Below, one piece after another: positions 1 to 8,636 of a stretch of DNA of 19,724 bases. The DNA lies in assembly GCA_038883795.1 (NCBI GenBank), contig JAVZLK010000029.1, positions 1 through 19,724 of the forward strand, in the 5' to 3' direction. Positions within the stretch are counted from its first letter, which is position 1, and every line of letters begins with the position of its first letter. Source of the stretch: Candidatus Bathyarchaeia archaeon (GTDB lineage: Archaea > Thermoproteota > Bathyarchaeia > Bathyarchaeales > Bathycorpusculaceae). Under the pieces are notes generated by a model. It was not told the origin of the DNA. It made no database searches and saw only the letters and a list, made by a program, of their open reading frames with translations. Position numbers and translations under genes: made by a program.

Positions 1-70
1 CGCTAATTCCAGACTCAACCTCCGCCTTGCGGCCTTCTGGCTCAAATAAAATTGTGATAATTTTCTTCAT
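1..70 (-). CDS. 5' end of a probable 2Fe-2S/ASKHA-domain reductive activator of corrinoid proteins (RACo/DUF4445-like); runs off the window edge
   Basis: ATG at 70 reads MKKIITILFEPEGRKAEVESGIS..., resembling the 'xFxPxGxxxEVxxG' start of 2Fe-2S ferredoxin domains. It is divergent from a corrinoid-protein gene. Only 23 codons are visible. Confidence 0.55.
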   Translation of the reverse strand, partial: MKKIITILFEPEGRKAEVESGIS

Positions 71-203
71 ACTCTCATCTTGAAGGTTCAGTTTTGCCAA
101 TTAAATAAATTAATTTTGTGCTTCATATTAATTGGTTAAGGAATTGAGCAAGCTTTTTATTTGATGCTCTAAAATATTAGTGAGAACACGGCGAAGGAAT
201 CTT

Positions 204-659
204 ATGGGAAACTCTGAAGATTTTATCAATACACTAGCCGATTTAAAAGAGGAAGAAACACTTCGACTGGTTGAGAAAAGGCTCAACGCTGGCGAGGATC
301 CGCTTAAATTTTAGATGATGTCCGCCGTGCCATGGAGATTGTAGGAGACAGATTCGCCAAAAGCGAATACTTTATTTCAAGCCTTCTATTTGCAGGTAAA
401 TTACTGAAGACGATAACCGAAAAATCAAACAAAACCTCGCCGAAAAAGTCGAGGCTAAACGTTTAGTAAAAGTTGTTATCCGGACTGTTGCCGGAGATAT
501 ATATGACATAGGCAAAATATGGTTGTCTTCATGCTCGAAGCCAACGGATTTGAAGTCTACAACTTAGGAGTAGATGTCCCACCAGAAAAATTTGTCAGAA
601 AAATAAAAGAGACAGGAGGCACAATAGTAGGCTTAAGCGGTTTCTTAACGTTGGCTTTC
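204..659 (+). pseudogene. Corrinoid (cobalamin-binding) protein, MtaC/MttC-like; frameshifted and 3'-truncated
   Basis: Joining frames gives MGNSEDFINTLADLKEEETLRLVEKRLNAGEDPLK/LDDVRRAMEIVGDRFAKSEYF.../...VVIRTVAGDIYDIGK/MVVFMLEANGFEVYNLGVDVPPEKFV...VGLSGFLTLAF. There are about three frameshifts (~308, ~422, ~516), and the DxHxxG motif reads DIYDIG. Confidence 0.9.
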
Positions 660-1876
660 CCCTCACGTAAAGTTTGCCAACGAAAAGCTGAAGAAGCCTA
701 CAAGGCGAGGGTGACTAGATAAAAGAAGCCATACAACTTAGAAAACTGCCTGACAGAGTTCCGGTTTTCCCGCTAATAGGCTTCTTTCCCGCATATTACG
801 TAGGACTTACACACTACGACATGATGTACAACTACGAGAAACTCAAAACGGTGTTCAGAAAATACGTTTTAGACTTCGAACTAGACGCATACGCCGGTGC
901 TATAGGGCCTGGCCAAGGCGTAGCTCCAGAATACTCCTATCAGTGTATTGAAGGAGAATACATGAAAGCTTATGAATACGACGATTTGATCCAAGATCCA
1001 ACATACTTCTTCTTGACTAAGTATTTCTTACGAGTGTTTGTCGCTCTGCATCCTTTCAGCAAATTACCACCCTTCACCAACGTGTTTGAAATGTATGGAG
1101 GTTTTACACCAGTCGATTTCGTTATTTTTGGCATGCCGGATGTCCAAGCTGCCCTTAAAGCTCTGATGGAAGTGGGGAATGAGGCATTAAACTGGATAGG
1201 ACTGTTGTTGCTTGGATAGGGAGATGACTGCCGCAGGCTTCCCAAACATTTTCGAAGGCGGTACATAAGCACCTTTCGACCCTTTAGGCGATACATTAAA
1301 GGGAACTAAAGGCATAATGTTGGACATACACAAACGCCCCGACAAACTTAAGTAAGCCATGGAAGTCACCCCGCTTATGATTGGAAGGGGGGCCTCCAGA
1401 GCGAAAGCCAATGGAAATCCAATAGTCTTTATTCCGTTGCATAAGGGGGCAGACGGCTTTATTTCTAACAAACAATTTGAGAGTTCTATTGGCCAACTTT
1501 AAAGAAGGTTATGATGGGCTTAATAAATGAAGGCTGTGTGCCATTCCTTTACGCTGAAGGCGGCTATAACACCTGCCTTGAAATTATCAAAAACGATCTG
1601 CCAAAGGGTAAAAATCTTTGGGGCTTCGACCAGTCCGACATGGCTAAAGCTAAAGAAATGATAGGCGGCGTCGCCTGCATAGCCGATAACGTCCCAAGCT
1701 CGTTATTAAGTGTAGGAACCCTCAAAGAGGTCAAGAAATACGTTAAAAAGCTTATTTAAACATGCGGCGAAGGCGGAGGCTTCATAGTTATGAAAGGCGC
1801 GGTGGTAGACAAAGCAAAACCAGAAAACTTCAAGGCCATGATAGACGCTACAAAAAGGTACGGCGTATATAAATGA
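652..1876 (+). pseudogene. Uroporphyrinogen decarboxylase / MtaA-CmuA methyltransferase family protein, disrupted
   Basis: Fragments include WLSPHVKFA, EAIQLRKLPDRVPV, EGEYMKAYEYDDLIQDP, APFDPLGDTLKGTKGIMLD, FIPLHKGADGF, FYWPTLKKVMMGLINEG and GGGF...AKPENFKAMIDATKRYGVYK. In-frame TAA stops occur at 1353-1355 and 1757-1759, plus several frameshifts. The ORFs 821..1219 and 1511..1759 are pieces of this gene. Confidence 0.88.
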
Positions 1877-2424
1877 TATCCCCTTTTTATTTACCTCCTC
1901 AAATTTAAACGGTGAGAAAGGTTCAAGACGAATTTGTAGAAACAACCATTTTCTCCCAATTTTAGCTCACCAACCTGATAACTATGGAGCTTTACAGCAG
2001 GCTTTTGTATGCGACAAGAGACTATGAAAGGGTTACTAAACAAAGAGGAAACTAAAAGAGGTTGAACTCGAAGACTTGCGGTGCAGTTTGAAAAGCTTTA
2101 TAGAAAATAATCCTCATTTTCCACTTAGAAAACGCATAAACCCTATAAAGTCAGTGTGACGTGCATAAGAGTCTAAACCATCGAGAGTCCACCTTATACT
2201 TCCGGGGTTCTCCTAAAACCCAACTCAACTGTTTCAGTCTCCCGTAAGAATTAGAGAAAAGTTAGGAATTAAGGGTAGACTTAAAAGAGAAAAACATTAC
2301 AATCCTGTGGATGGCGGACTATTAAACACCTAAAAAGACCTGAATAAAGCCTTCATAACATCCCTTACAAGCGGAGACTAAATAAGGCTTAAGTTAAAAA
2401 TTTCTTAAAAACAGGATTGCGTAT

Positions 2425-2571
2425 ATGCTTGAAAAATGTAAACATGGGGGAGAGCTTCTGGGAGAGCGAAAGGGAGACAAAGGAGTTAACCGCTATTATA
2501 AATGCCTAAAATGCGGATGCATCTTAATACTATCGGAGGACGGAGTTTTATACGAGGTTAGAAAGGGTTAA
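2425..2571 (+). CDS. 48-aa putative zinc-ribbon microprotein (CxH...CxxC)
   Basis: Hand translation gives MLEKCKHGGELLGERKGDKGVNRYYKCLKCGCILILSEDGVLYEVRKG*. An AT-rich TATA-like stretch lies at ~2395-2410. It is below the ORF-track length cut-off. Confidence 0.6.
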   Translation: MLEKCKHGGELLGERKGDKGVNRYYKCLKCGCILILSEDGVLYEVRKG

Positions 2572-3072
2572 ATTTCACGCTTTCCAATGAAGCCAAAGGC
2601 GGTAGTTAACGGTATTCTAAACTACTTAATCAATTTAGGAGGCAAAGTATGTTGATAAACATTAATGAAATTTTGAAAGCTAAGCGATGCAATTGGTGCT
2701 CCAAACTAAACTCTGCATCTTCGGCACAATAATTAGTTAAAAGCAATAAGCCTGTCAAATGAGGATGCAAAAACTGAAAGCATAACAACCTAATTCCTAG
2801 GCGTCATGAATAATCCAAAGCTATTTATTCATCTGTAATCGGCTTATAATGTTGTCCATTCTTATTTTCGCTTTGGAAGCATATTATGCTATGAAGCTCA
2901 TGAGGCAGATAGTATATTCTAAATAAAAATTTCTTCAAGAAAATTCATAGCAACTTCCAAAAATCACGGAATTTTCATTTAAAGTAACCTAAAACAAAAA
3001 GAAAACATAAACAACTGCTCATACCTCTTTTAAAAGCCTAACTTTGATTTTAAAAGTTTAAAACATTATTTC

Positions 3073-4224
3073 TTATTTTTGGAATGTCAGATTATTAAAT
3101 AAACTTAAAGGGGTTTCAAGGTATGCTTTGACCTTTTGAAGGAAAAGGATAGCTGGCACGCCCTCTATTACCCTATGATCATATGTTAGACTCAAATGCA
3201 CAATCGACCTAATTTTTATCTGGTCGTCTACAACGACAGGGCGTTTAACTATGGCGCCGACACCAAGTATTGCGCTTTGTGGCGGATTTAGTATAGGGGT
3301 ATCCATTAGGACACCAAACATACCGACATTAGTTATAGTAAAAGTTCCATCTTTGATATCATCTATCGTTAATTCATTTTTCCTTGCTTTGTTAATCAAT
3401 ACATTTAATTCTTTTGCTATGTCTATCAAGCTTTTCTTTTCAGCATTACGAATTACCGGTACGACTAAACCGCTTTTATCGCTGAAAACAGCAACCCCTA
3501 TATTGCAATATTTTTTAATTATTATCTTTTCGTCATTAAGATATGAATTCATGATGGGAAATTCTTTCAGCGCCATAGAAACAGCCTTCACTATTAGTGC
3601 AGTATATGAAAGAGGTGCTCCGTGCTCTTTTTCAAACTGTTGCTTTAATTTTTCGCGGAGATTTACAAGTTCAGTCACATCTACTTCGCAGAAGGTAGTT
3701 ACCTGAGCAGCTGTCCTTGCACTAAGTGTGATACGGTCAGCCATTTCCCTTCTCCATCCAATTAATGGAATAATTTCTTCGTCATTTCGCATGATAATTT
3801 TCTCTATTTCATGTTTACAAATTTTGAATTTACTGATATATGACAAAACATCTTTTTCCGTTATCAAACCATCAGGTCCCGTTCCTGTTATTTGCGACAA
3901 ATCAATTCCATGCTGTCTTGCCAGCGATTTAGCGGAAGGTGAGGCAATTATAGCTTTTTCGACTTTTTGCCGAGAGGTACGTTCGTCCATCAATTCTATC
4001 TCAGCAATCACCTCACCCACGTTAACGATCGCCCCAACTCCTTTGAAGATACGCAAGATTCCAGTTGCAGGAGATTCTAGCTCAAACGTTGCTTTTTCAG
4101 ATTCGATAGTTGCTATAATTTCTCCTACCGAAACCACTTCTCCATCTCTTTTAAACCAATTGATAATTATTCCTTCTCTCATGGTATCATGAAGCTTTGG
4201 CATGATAACACGCCGTTTTTCCAT
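3073..4224 (-). CDS. Dihydrolipoamide acyltransferase (E2) of a 2-oxoacid/acetoin dehydrogenase complex
   Basis: Single lipoyl domain (MPKL...ESEKAT), peripheral-subunit-binding domain (ASPSAKSLARQHGIDL..ITGTGPDGLITEKDV) and catalytic domain (GTFTITNVG...PILNPPQSAILGVG...LTYDHRVIEG). Confidence 0.95.
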   Translation of the reverse strand: MEKRRVIMPKLHDTMREGIIINWFKRDGEVVSVGEIIATIESEKATFELESPATGILRIFKGVGAIVNVGEVIAEIELMDERTSRQKVEKAIIASPSAKSLARQHGIDLSQITGTGPDGLITEKDVLSYISKFKICKHEIEKIIMRNDEEIIPLIGWRREMADRITLSARTAAQVTTFCEVDVTELVNLREKLKQQFEKEHGAPLSYTALIVKAVSMALKEFPIMNSYLNDEKIIIKKYCNIGVAVFSDKSGLVVPVIRNAEKKSLIDIAKELNVLINKARKNELTIDDIKDGTFTITNVGMFGVLMDTPILNPPQSAILGVGAIVKRPVVVDDQIKIRSIVHLSLTYDHRVIEGVPAILFLQKVKAYLETPLSLFNNLTFQK

Positions 4225-6283
4225 GAGATCCTCTCTCTCCTTCGAGATTTAATATAGCATTTATTATCCTCTGTTCATCAATTATATAATATTGTTCCAG
4301 GGGGGGACTAAATGGTACGGGAATATAGGGGGCACCCAGTCTAGTAATTGGGGCATCCAAATAACCTAATGCTTTTTCTGCGACGAGCGCCGCTATTTCT
4401 CCTCCAAATCCACCTAATTTTGGAGCCTCGTGTATAATTATGAGTTTACCAGTTTTTTTGACAGATTCGATGATAGTATTCTCATCTAATGGAATTAGAG
4501 TCCGCGGATCAATAACTTCAACGTTTATTCCTCTTTCACTTAAAATATTCGCAGCGAGTAAAGCTTTATGCACCATGTATCCTGTAGCTACAACCGTGAC
4601 ATCCTTCCCTTCTCTTTTTACATCGGCTCTTCCTAAAGCAATTGTATAATCAACAGGTGGAACAGGACCTTTTACATTATATAAAAGTTTATGTTCAAAG
4701 AAAATTACTGGATCTTCATCTCTAATGGCGGATTTTAATAATCCCTTTGCATCAAACGGAGTTGATGGCATAACTATTTTCAGTCCAGGTATGTTAGTAA
4801 ACCAAGCTTCAGGGCTTTGGCTATGATGCATTCCCATCCATCTTCCTGTTACTCCAAAAGGTGCCCTGACAACTATCGGAACAGAAGCATCTCCACCATA
4901 ATTGTATCTCATTTTTGCCGCTGTGTTAACTATATGATCCATCGCTATTGTCAGAAAGTCAGCAAATTGTATTTCGACAATAGTTTTAATTCCCATTAGC
5001 GCACAACCCACAGCTGCGCCCACCATCGCTGATTCTGATATGGGAGTTCCGATTACTCTTTCAGGAAAGATATTGCATAAACCCCTTGTTGGCGGCCACA
5101 AACCTCCTAATGGACCTATGGCGTCCTGCCCTATATCCTCGCCGATTAATATTACGTTCGGATCTCTCGATAGCTCTTCTCGTAACGCTTCATTAAGAGC
5201 CTCGCCCATAGTTAGTAGGCGGGATGAATAGTCTTTTTGAAGTTTAATAAGGACCGTATTATTATCCGGTTCTGAAGTAGGTTTTGTATTGTAGACGTCT
5301 TTTAATGCCTCTTCAGCTTGCGGGAATGGACTGTTTTGGGCAAACTTTACTGCTTCATCGACTATCGCAACAACTCTTTTCAATAGTTCCTCCTTTATTT
5401 GAATTGTAATAATTCCCATTTTCAATAGTCGATTTTCGAATAATACTACTGGATCTTTTTCCATCCATTTTTTAATCTCATTTTCATCTCTTCTCTCAGG
5501 AAGTCTTTCTGAATGCCCTCGAATTCTATATGTCTTACATTCAATCAAAGTAGGTCCTTTGTTATCTTTCGCCCTCTTAACAGCATCTTGGACAACTTTG
5601 TGCACCGCCAAAACGTCATTACCATCTACAACAACACCAGGAAAACCATAAGCAACAGCACGGTCAGCTATATTCTCGATCTTAAAGCTACTTTTGAACG
5701 GCGTCCACATAGCATATTGATTGTTCTCGCATATAAATATTACCGGTAAATCCTTCACCGCCGCTAAGTTTAATCCTTCATGAAAATCTCCTCTATTCGA
5801 AGCGCCATCTCCAAAAAAACATAAAACTACCGAGTCCTTTTTTCGCAGTTTACAAGCTAATGCCACACCAACTGCTATTGGGATCTGCGCACCGACAACT
5901 CCCGTTGTTCCAATAATCCCATATTTATGATCACCCATGTGATGCGAAGTAACCTTTCCTTTTGCAGGACCAGTAGATTTTCCGAATATTCCCGCCATAA
6001 TTATTTTAGGTGGCACTCCACGAACTAAAAAAGCGGGCCTTGTTCTCAACGATGGCACAACATAATCATCCTTAGAAAGTTTATAACAAGCGCCAACCCC
6101 AATCGCCTCTTGACCAATGCAAGAATGCGGGACCTCTATTACCCCAAGCCCCTCCCTATAAAGCATATTAACTTTTTCTTCAAAAACCCGAGCTAAGAGT
6201 AAGTATTGATATATTTCGATTAAATCCCTTTCATCCAAAGAACTCTCGGTCACGTGCACTTTAATTACCTCGTTTGATAGCAA
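4187..6283 (-). CDS. Fused E1 alpha-beta, TPP-dependent 2-oxoacid/acetoin dehydrogenase (start may be GTG at 6259)
   Basis: Alpha half has GQEA, the TPP motif GDGA...ENN and TYRIRGHS. Beta half has GEDIG, TPISE, EIQFADF, HHSQS, DPVIFFEHK and EVIDPRTLIPLD. It is one continuous frame with a linker. An RBS-like GAGGT lies 7 nt before GTG 6259. Confidence 0.95.
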   Translation of the reverse strand: MLSNEVIKVHVTESSLDERDLIEIYQYLLLARVFEEKVNMLYREGLGVIEVPHSCIGQEAIGVGACYKLSKDDYVVPSLRTRPAFLVRGVPPKIIMAGIFGKSTGPAKGKVTSHHMGDHKYGIIGTTGVVGAQIPIAVGVALACKLRKKDSVVLCFFGDGASNRGDFHEGLNLAAVKDLPVIFICENNQYAMWTPFKSSFKIENIADRAVAYGFPGVVVDGNDVLAVHKVVQDAVKRAKDNKGPTLIECKTYRIRGHSERLPERRDENEIKKWMEKDPVVLFENRLLKMGIITIQIKEELLKRVVAIVDEAVKFAQNSPFPQAEEALKDVYNTKPTSEPDNNTVLIKLQKDYSSRLLTMGEALNEALREELSRDPNVILIGEDIGQDAIGPLGGLWPPTRGLCNIFPERVIGTPISESAMVGAAVGCALMGIKTIVEIQFADFLTIAMDHIVNTAAKMRYNYGGDASVPIVVRAPFGVTGRWMGMHHSQSPEAWFTNIPGLKIVMPSTPFDAKGLLKSAIRDEDPVIFFEHKLLYNVKGPVPPVDYTIALGRADVKREGKDVTVVATGYMVHKALLAANILSERGINVEVIDPRTLIPLDENTIIESVKKTGKLIIIHEAPKLGGFGGEIAALVAEKALGYLDAPITRLGAPYIPVPFSPPLEQYYIIDEQRIINAILNLEGERGSHGKTACYHAKAS

Positions 6284-6289
6284 TTAAGT

Positions 6290-6298
6290 AAAAAAAAA
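6290..6298 (-). terminator. Oligo-U (T9) archaeal intrinsic terminator after the binding-protein gene
   Basis: Nine consecutive T on the minus strand, 2 nt after the stop of 6301..7635 and before the E1 gene. Confidence 0.6.
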
Positions 6299-6300
6299 GG

Positions 6301-7635
6301 TTAAGGGATGAGTCTTTCGCTCCAAGCCGGTGCTGGACATACCGGTTCTGCCTCGGCGATCTCAACAGGCCATATCGCTTTAAATTTTAATTTTCCATTT
6401 TCATACAACCACTGCTGTATTGCAAGTTGGTCAATCCCATAGATATTTTGTTGCTTTTCATCAAATTTGTATCCTAAGCCTAACAGATCCGGCCTTTCGC
6501 CTGGTTTTATATCAGTTTGGAGCAAGGCTTCCCTGACCGCATCCGGATCTACAGACTTAGCCCTCTCAATAGCATCAAATAATACCAACATATTTGGTAT
6601 ATGAATGGTTCCATGCACGGGTGTGCATTCACCAAACACTGGGTCAATTCCATACTTCTGTACCCAAAGGTTATTATAATAATCAATGTTAGGTAATTTC
6701 ATTCTTCCTGTGAGGTAAGCACAGCTTACTACATATGCGGCATCATCACCTGCACCTGCAACAAACTCTTGAACACCCATTCCTCCGCCAGACCCTATAA
6801 CCAATTTGAAGTTCACGTCGTTTTCGTGGGCTTCTCTCATTAAAAGGATTGAGTCTGTTACGTATGAAGTCGCTAAAAGGACATCAACTCCGAGGTTTTT
6901 AAGCTTTAAAAGTATTGGTGCTAGCGTCGCGGTGCCCGACGGATAACCCTCAATAGCTACTAAGTTCAATCCATGTTGTTCGCAATACTCTTTCTCAGGT
7001 TTCATTTCGGACATTCCCCATTCAGTGTTCTCATAAACAATAGCTATTTTTATATCGGCTTTGGGCTTTCCAAGTTTTTGCGAAAGGATTGGCAACACAT
7101 ATTGGTCTACAAACAACATCTTCTTTTGAATTAGCATCGATGCCGTTGGGCATGCCCTAATCACGTATTTATATCCTCGCGCAGTTATCGAATCAGCTAC
7201 TGCGGAAAATTCATAGTAGAGGACGTGATTTTTTTCCGCCACTGTCGTAGCAGCATATGACAATGTGCTACCGAAAGTTCCTACAATTATAGGGACTTTT
7301 TCTACAGTGCATAATCGTTCGCATTCACTTACCGCAACATCTGGTTCACTTTTACAATCCGCTACTATGGGAACGACTTTTGCCCCTCCAAGGACTCCTC
7401 CCCGCTCATTAATTAAGTCTATGACCAGCCTGGCAGCCATAAGATTAACCTTGCCAAGCGCTGCAAGGCCTCCAGTTAACGGAAAAAGTAAGCCGATTTT
7501 AACTTCGCTAACTTTCGGTCCCGTGGGTATGGACATATAGTAAGCCGTTGCGGCTACGCATGCAACGATAACGATGACGACTATTATTATTGCATGCATT
7601 TTTGTTATCGCTTTTTTGCAAATCATATAGTGCAC
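6301..7635 (-). CDS. ABC transporter substrate-binding protein, LivJ/K (HAAT) family (likely start ATG 7626)
   Basis: VKIGLLFPLTGGLAALG, INERGGVLGG, ADCKSEP, ITARGYKYVIR and YENTEWG motifs. The N-terminus is KKAITK followed by a hydrophobic helix, like a class III signal peptide. Confidence 0.92.
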   Translation of the reverse strand: MHYMICKKAITKMHAIIIVVIVIVACVAATAYYMSIPTGPKVSEVKIGLLFPLTGGLAALGKVNLMAARLVIDLINERGGVLGGAKVVPIVADCKSEPDVAVSECERLCTVEKVPIIVGTFGSTLSYAATTVAEKNHVLYYEFSAVADSITARGYKYVIRACPTASMLIQKKMLFVDQYVLPILSQKLGKPKADIKIAIVYENTEWGMSEMKPEKEYCEQHGLNLVAIEGYPSGTATLAPILLKLKNLGVDVLLATSYVTDSILLMREAHENDVNFKLVIGSGGGMGVQEFVAGAGDDAAYVVSCAYLTGRMKLPNIDYYNNLWVQKYGIDPVFGECTPVHGTIHIPNMLVLFDAIERAKSVDPDAVREALLQTDIKPGERPDLLGLGYKFDEKQQNIYGIDQLAIQQWLYENGKLKFKAIWPVEIAEAEPVCPAPAWSERLIP

Positions 7636-7675
7636 CCTTCTGTATAGTTTACCCTTTCTTATGGTTTATTCGAAG

Positions 7676-7725
7676 ATTTAAAAACTTTTCTATAATTTCG
7701 GATAACTCAGTTAGATTTTTATATA
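7676..7725. promoter_or_regulatory. Back-to-back archaeal promoters for the binding-protein/E1/E2 unit and the livHMGF unit
   Basis: Minus strand GAAAAGTTTTTAAA (BRE+TATA-like, ~7677-7690) and plus strand TTTTTATATA (7716-7725), within a ~130-nt divergent gap. Confidence 0.55.
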
Positions 7726-7766
7726 GCCTACGTAAATGTAGAAAGTATTGATGGAGGGAAGAAACC

Positions 7767-8636
7767 GTGGACCTCCAATTTATCATTCAAATAACCATAA
7801 ATGGTATTTTAATGGGTGGACTTTATTCCTTAATAAGCACTGGATTAACTTTAATTTTTGGTGTTCTTAAAATAATTAACTTTGCACACGGCGAATTTTT
7901 GATGATAGGTATGTATTTTTATTACTGGATGAACACATTACTCGGAATCCCCTTTTATATACTTTTAATATTAACCCCTGTCTTCTTATTTTTGGTAAGC
8001 ATATTAATATACATAACCACAATTAAACACGTATTAAATACCTCACAATTAAATCAATTGCTTCTGACAGGAGGATTAATGATGGTGTTACAGAATTTGG
8101 CAGTGATGCTGTGGTCTTCCGATTATCGTTCGTGTCCATTTTCGTTTGGCGTATATAAAGTCTGCGGAATAAATATTCCGACCATGCGCCTTTTTGCTTT
8201 TATTCTATCTTTGGCGGCATCATTAACATTCTTTATGTTATTGAAAAAGACAGATGTAGGCAGAGCCATACGAGCTACCGCTGAGAACAAAGAAGCGGCT
8301 TCACTAATTGGGATAAACTCTGAGAAAATCTTTTTGATTACTTTTGGGCTAGGGGCAGCGATGGTGGGAGTAGCATCTGCGCTTGCTGCTCCACTATTTT
8401 GGATTTATCCTACGGTTGGTCAACAATTTGGCTTGTTAGCGTTTGTTATCGTGGTGTTAGGCGGATTAGGCAATTTTTATGGTGCTTTAATGGGTAGCTT
8501 CATAATTGGTTTAGCAGAAGCGTGGGGATCTGTTTTGATCGCTGCGGAGTATCAACAGTTTGTCCCCTTTTGTATATTTGTATTAATTTTAATATTTTTA
8601 CCAGAGGGCATTGCTGGTCTTCGGAGGGTGAAATAG
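7767..8636 (+). CDS. livH: Branched-chain amino acid-type ABC transporter permease
   Basis: GLTLIFGVLKIINFAHGEF, GRAIRATAEN.EAASLIGIN and VVLGGLGN motifs; polytopic membrane protein. Confidence 0.95.
   Translation: MDLQFIIQITINGILMGGLYSLISTGLTLIFGVLKIINFAHGEFLMIGMYFYYWMNTLLGIPFYILLILTPVFLFLVSILIYITTIKHVLNTSQLNQLLLTGGLMMVLQNLAVMLWSSDYRSCPFSFGVYKVCGINIPTMRLFAFILSLAASLTFFMLLKKTDVGRAIRATAENKEAASLIGINSEKIFLITFGLGAAMVGVASALAAPLFWIYPTVGQQFGLLAFVIVVLGGLGNFYGALMGSFIIGLAEAWGSVLIAAEYQQFVPFCIFVLILIFLPEGIAGLRRVK

Noticed and set aside
970-1945. Minus-strand ORFs 970..1296, 1187..1471, 1296..1496 and 1706..1945
   Set aside because: Antisense shadows of the URO-D-family pseudogene.
2010-2110. Fragment TKRKLKEVELEDL resembling the C-terminus of aldehyde:ferredoxin oxidoreductases
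   Set aside because: Only ~13 residues in broken frames; too short to support without a search.
2650-2925. Possible relic of a membrane protein (…LSILIFALEAYYAMKLMRQIVYSK*)
   Set aside because: Frames are interrupted and there is no recognisable family motif; hydrophobic runs arise by chance in AT-rich DNA.
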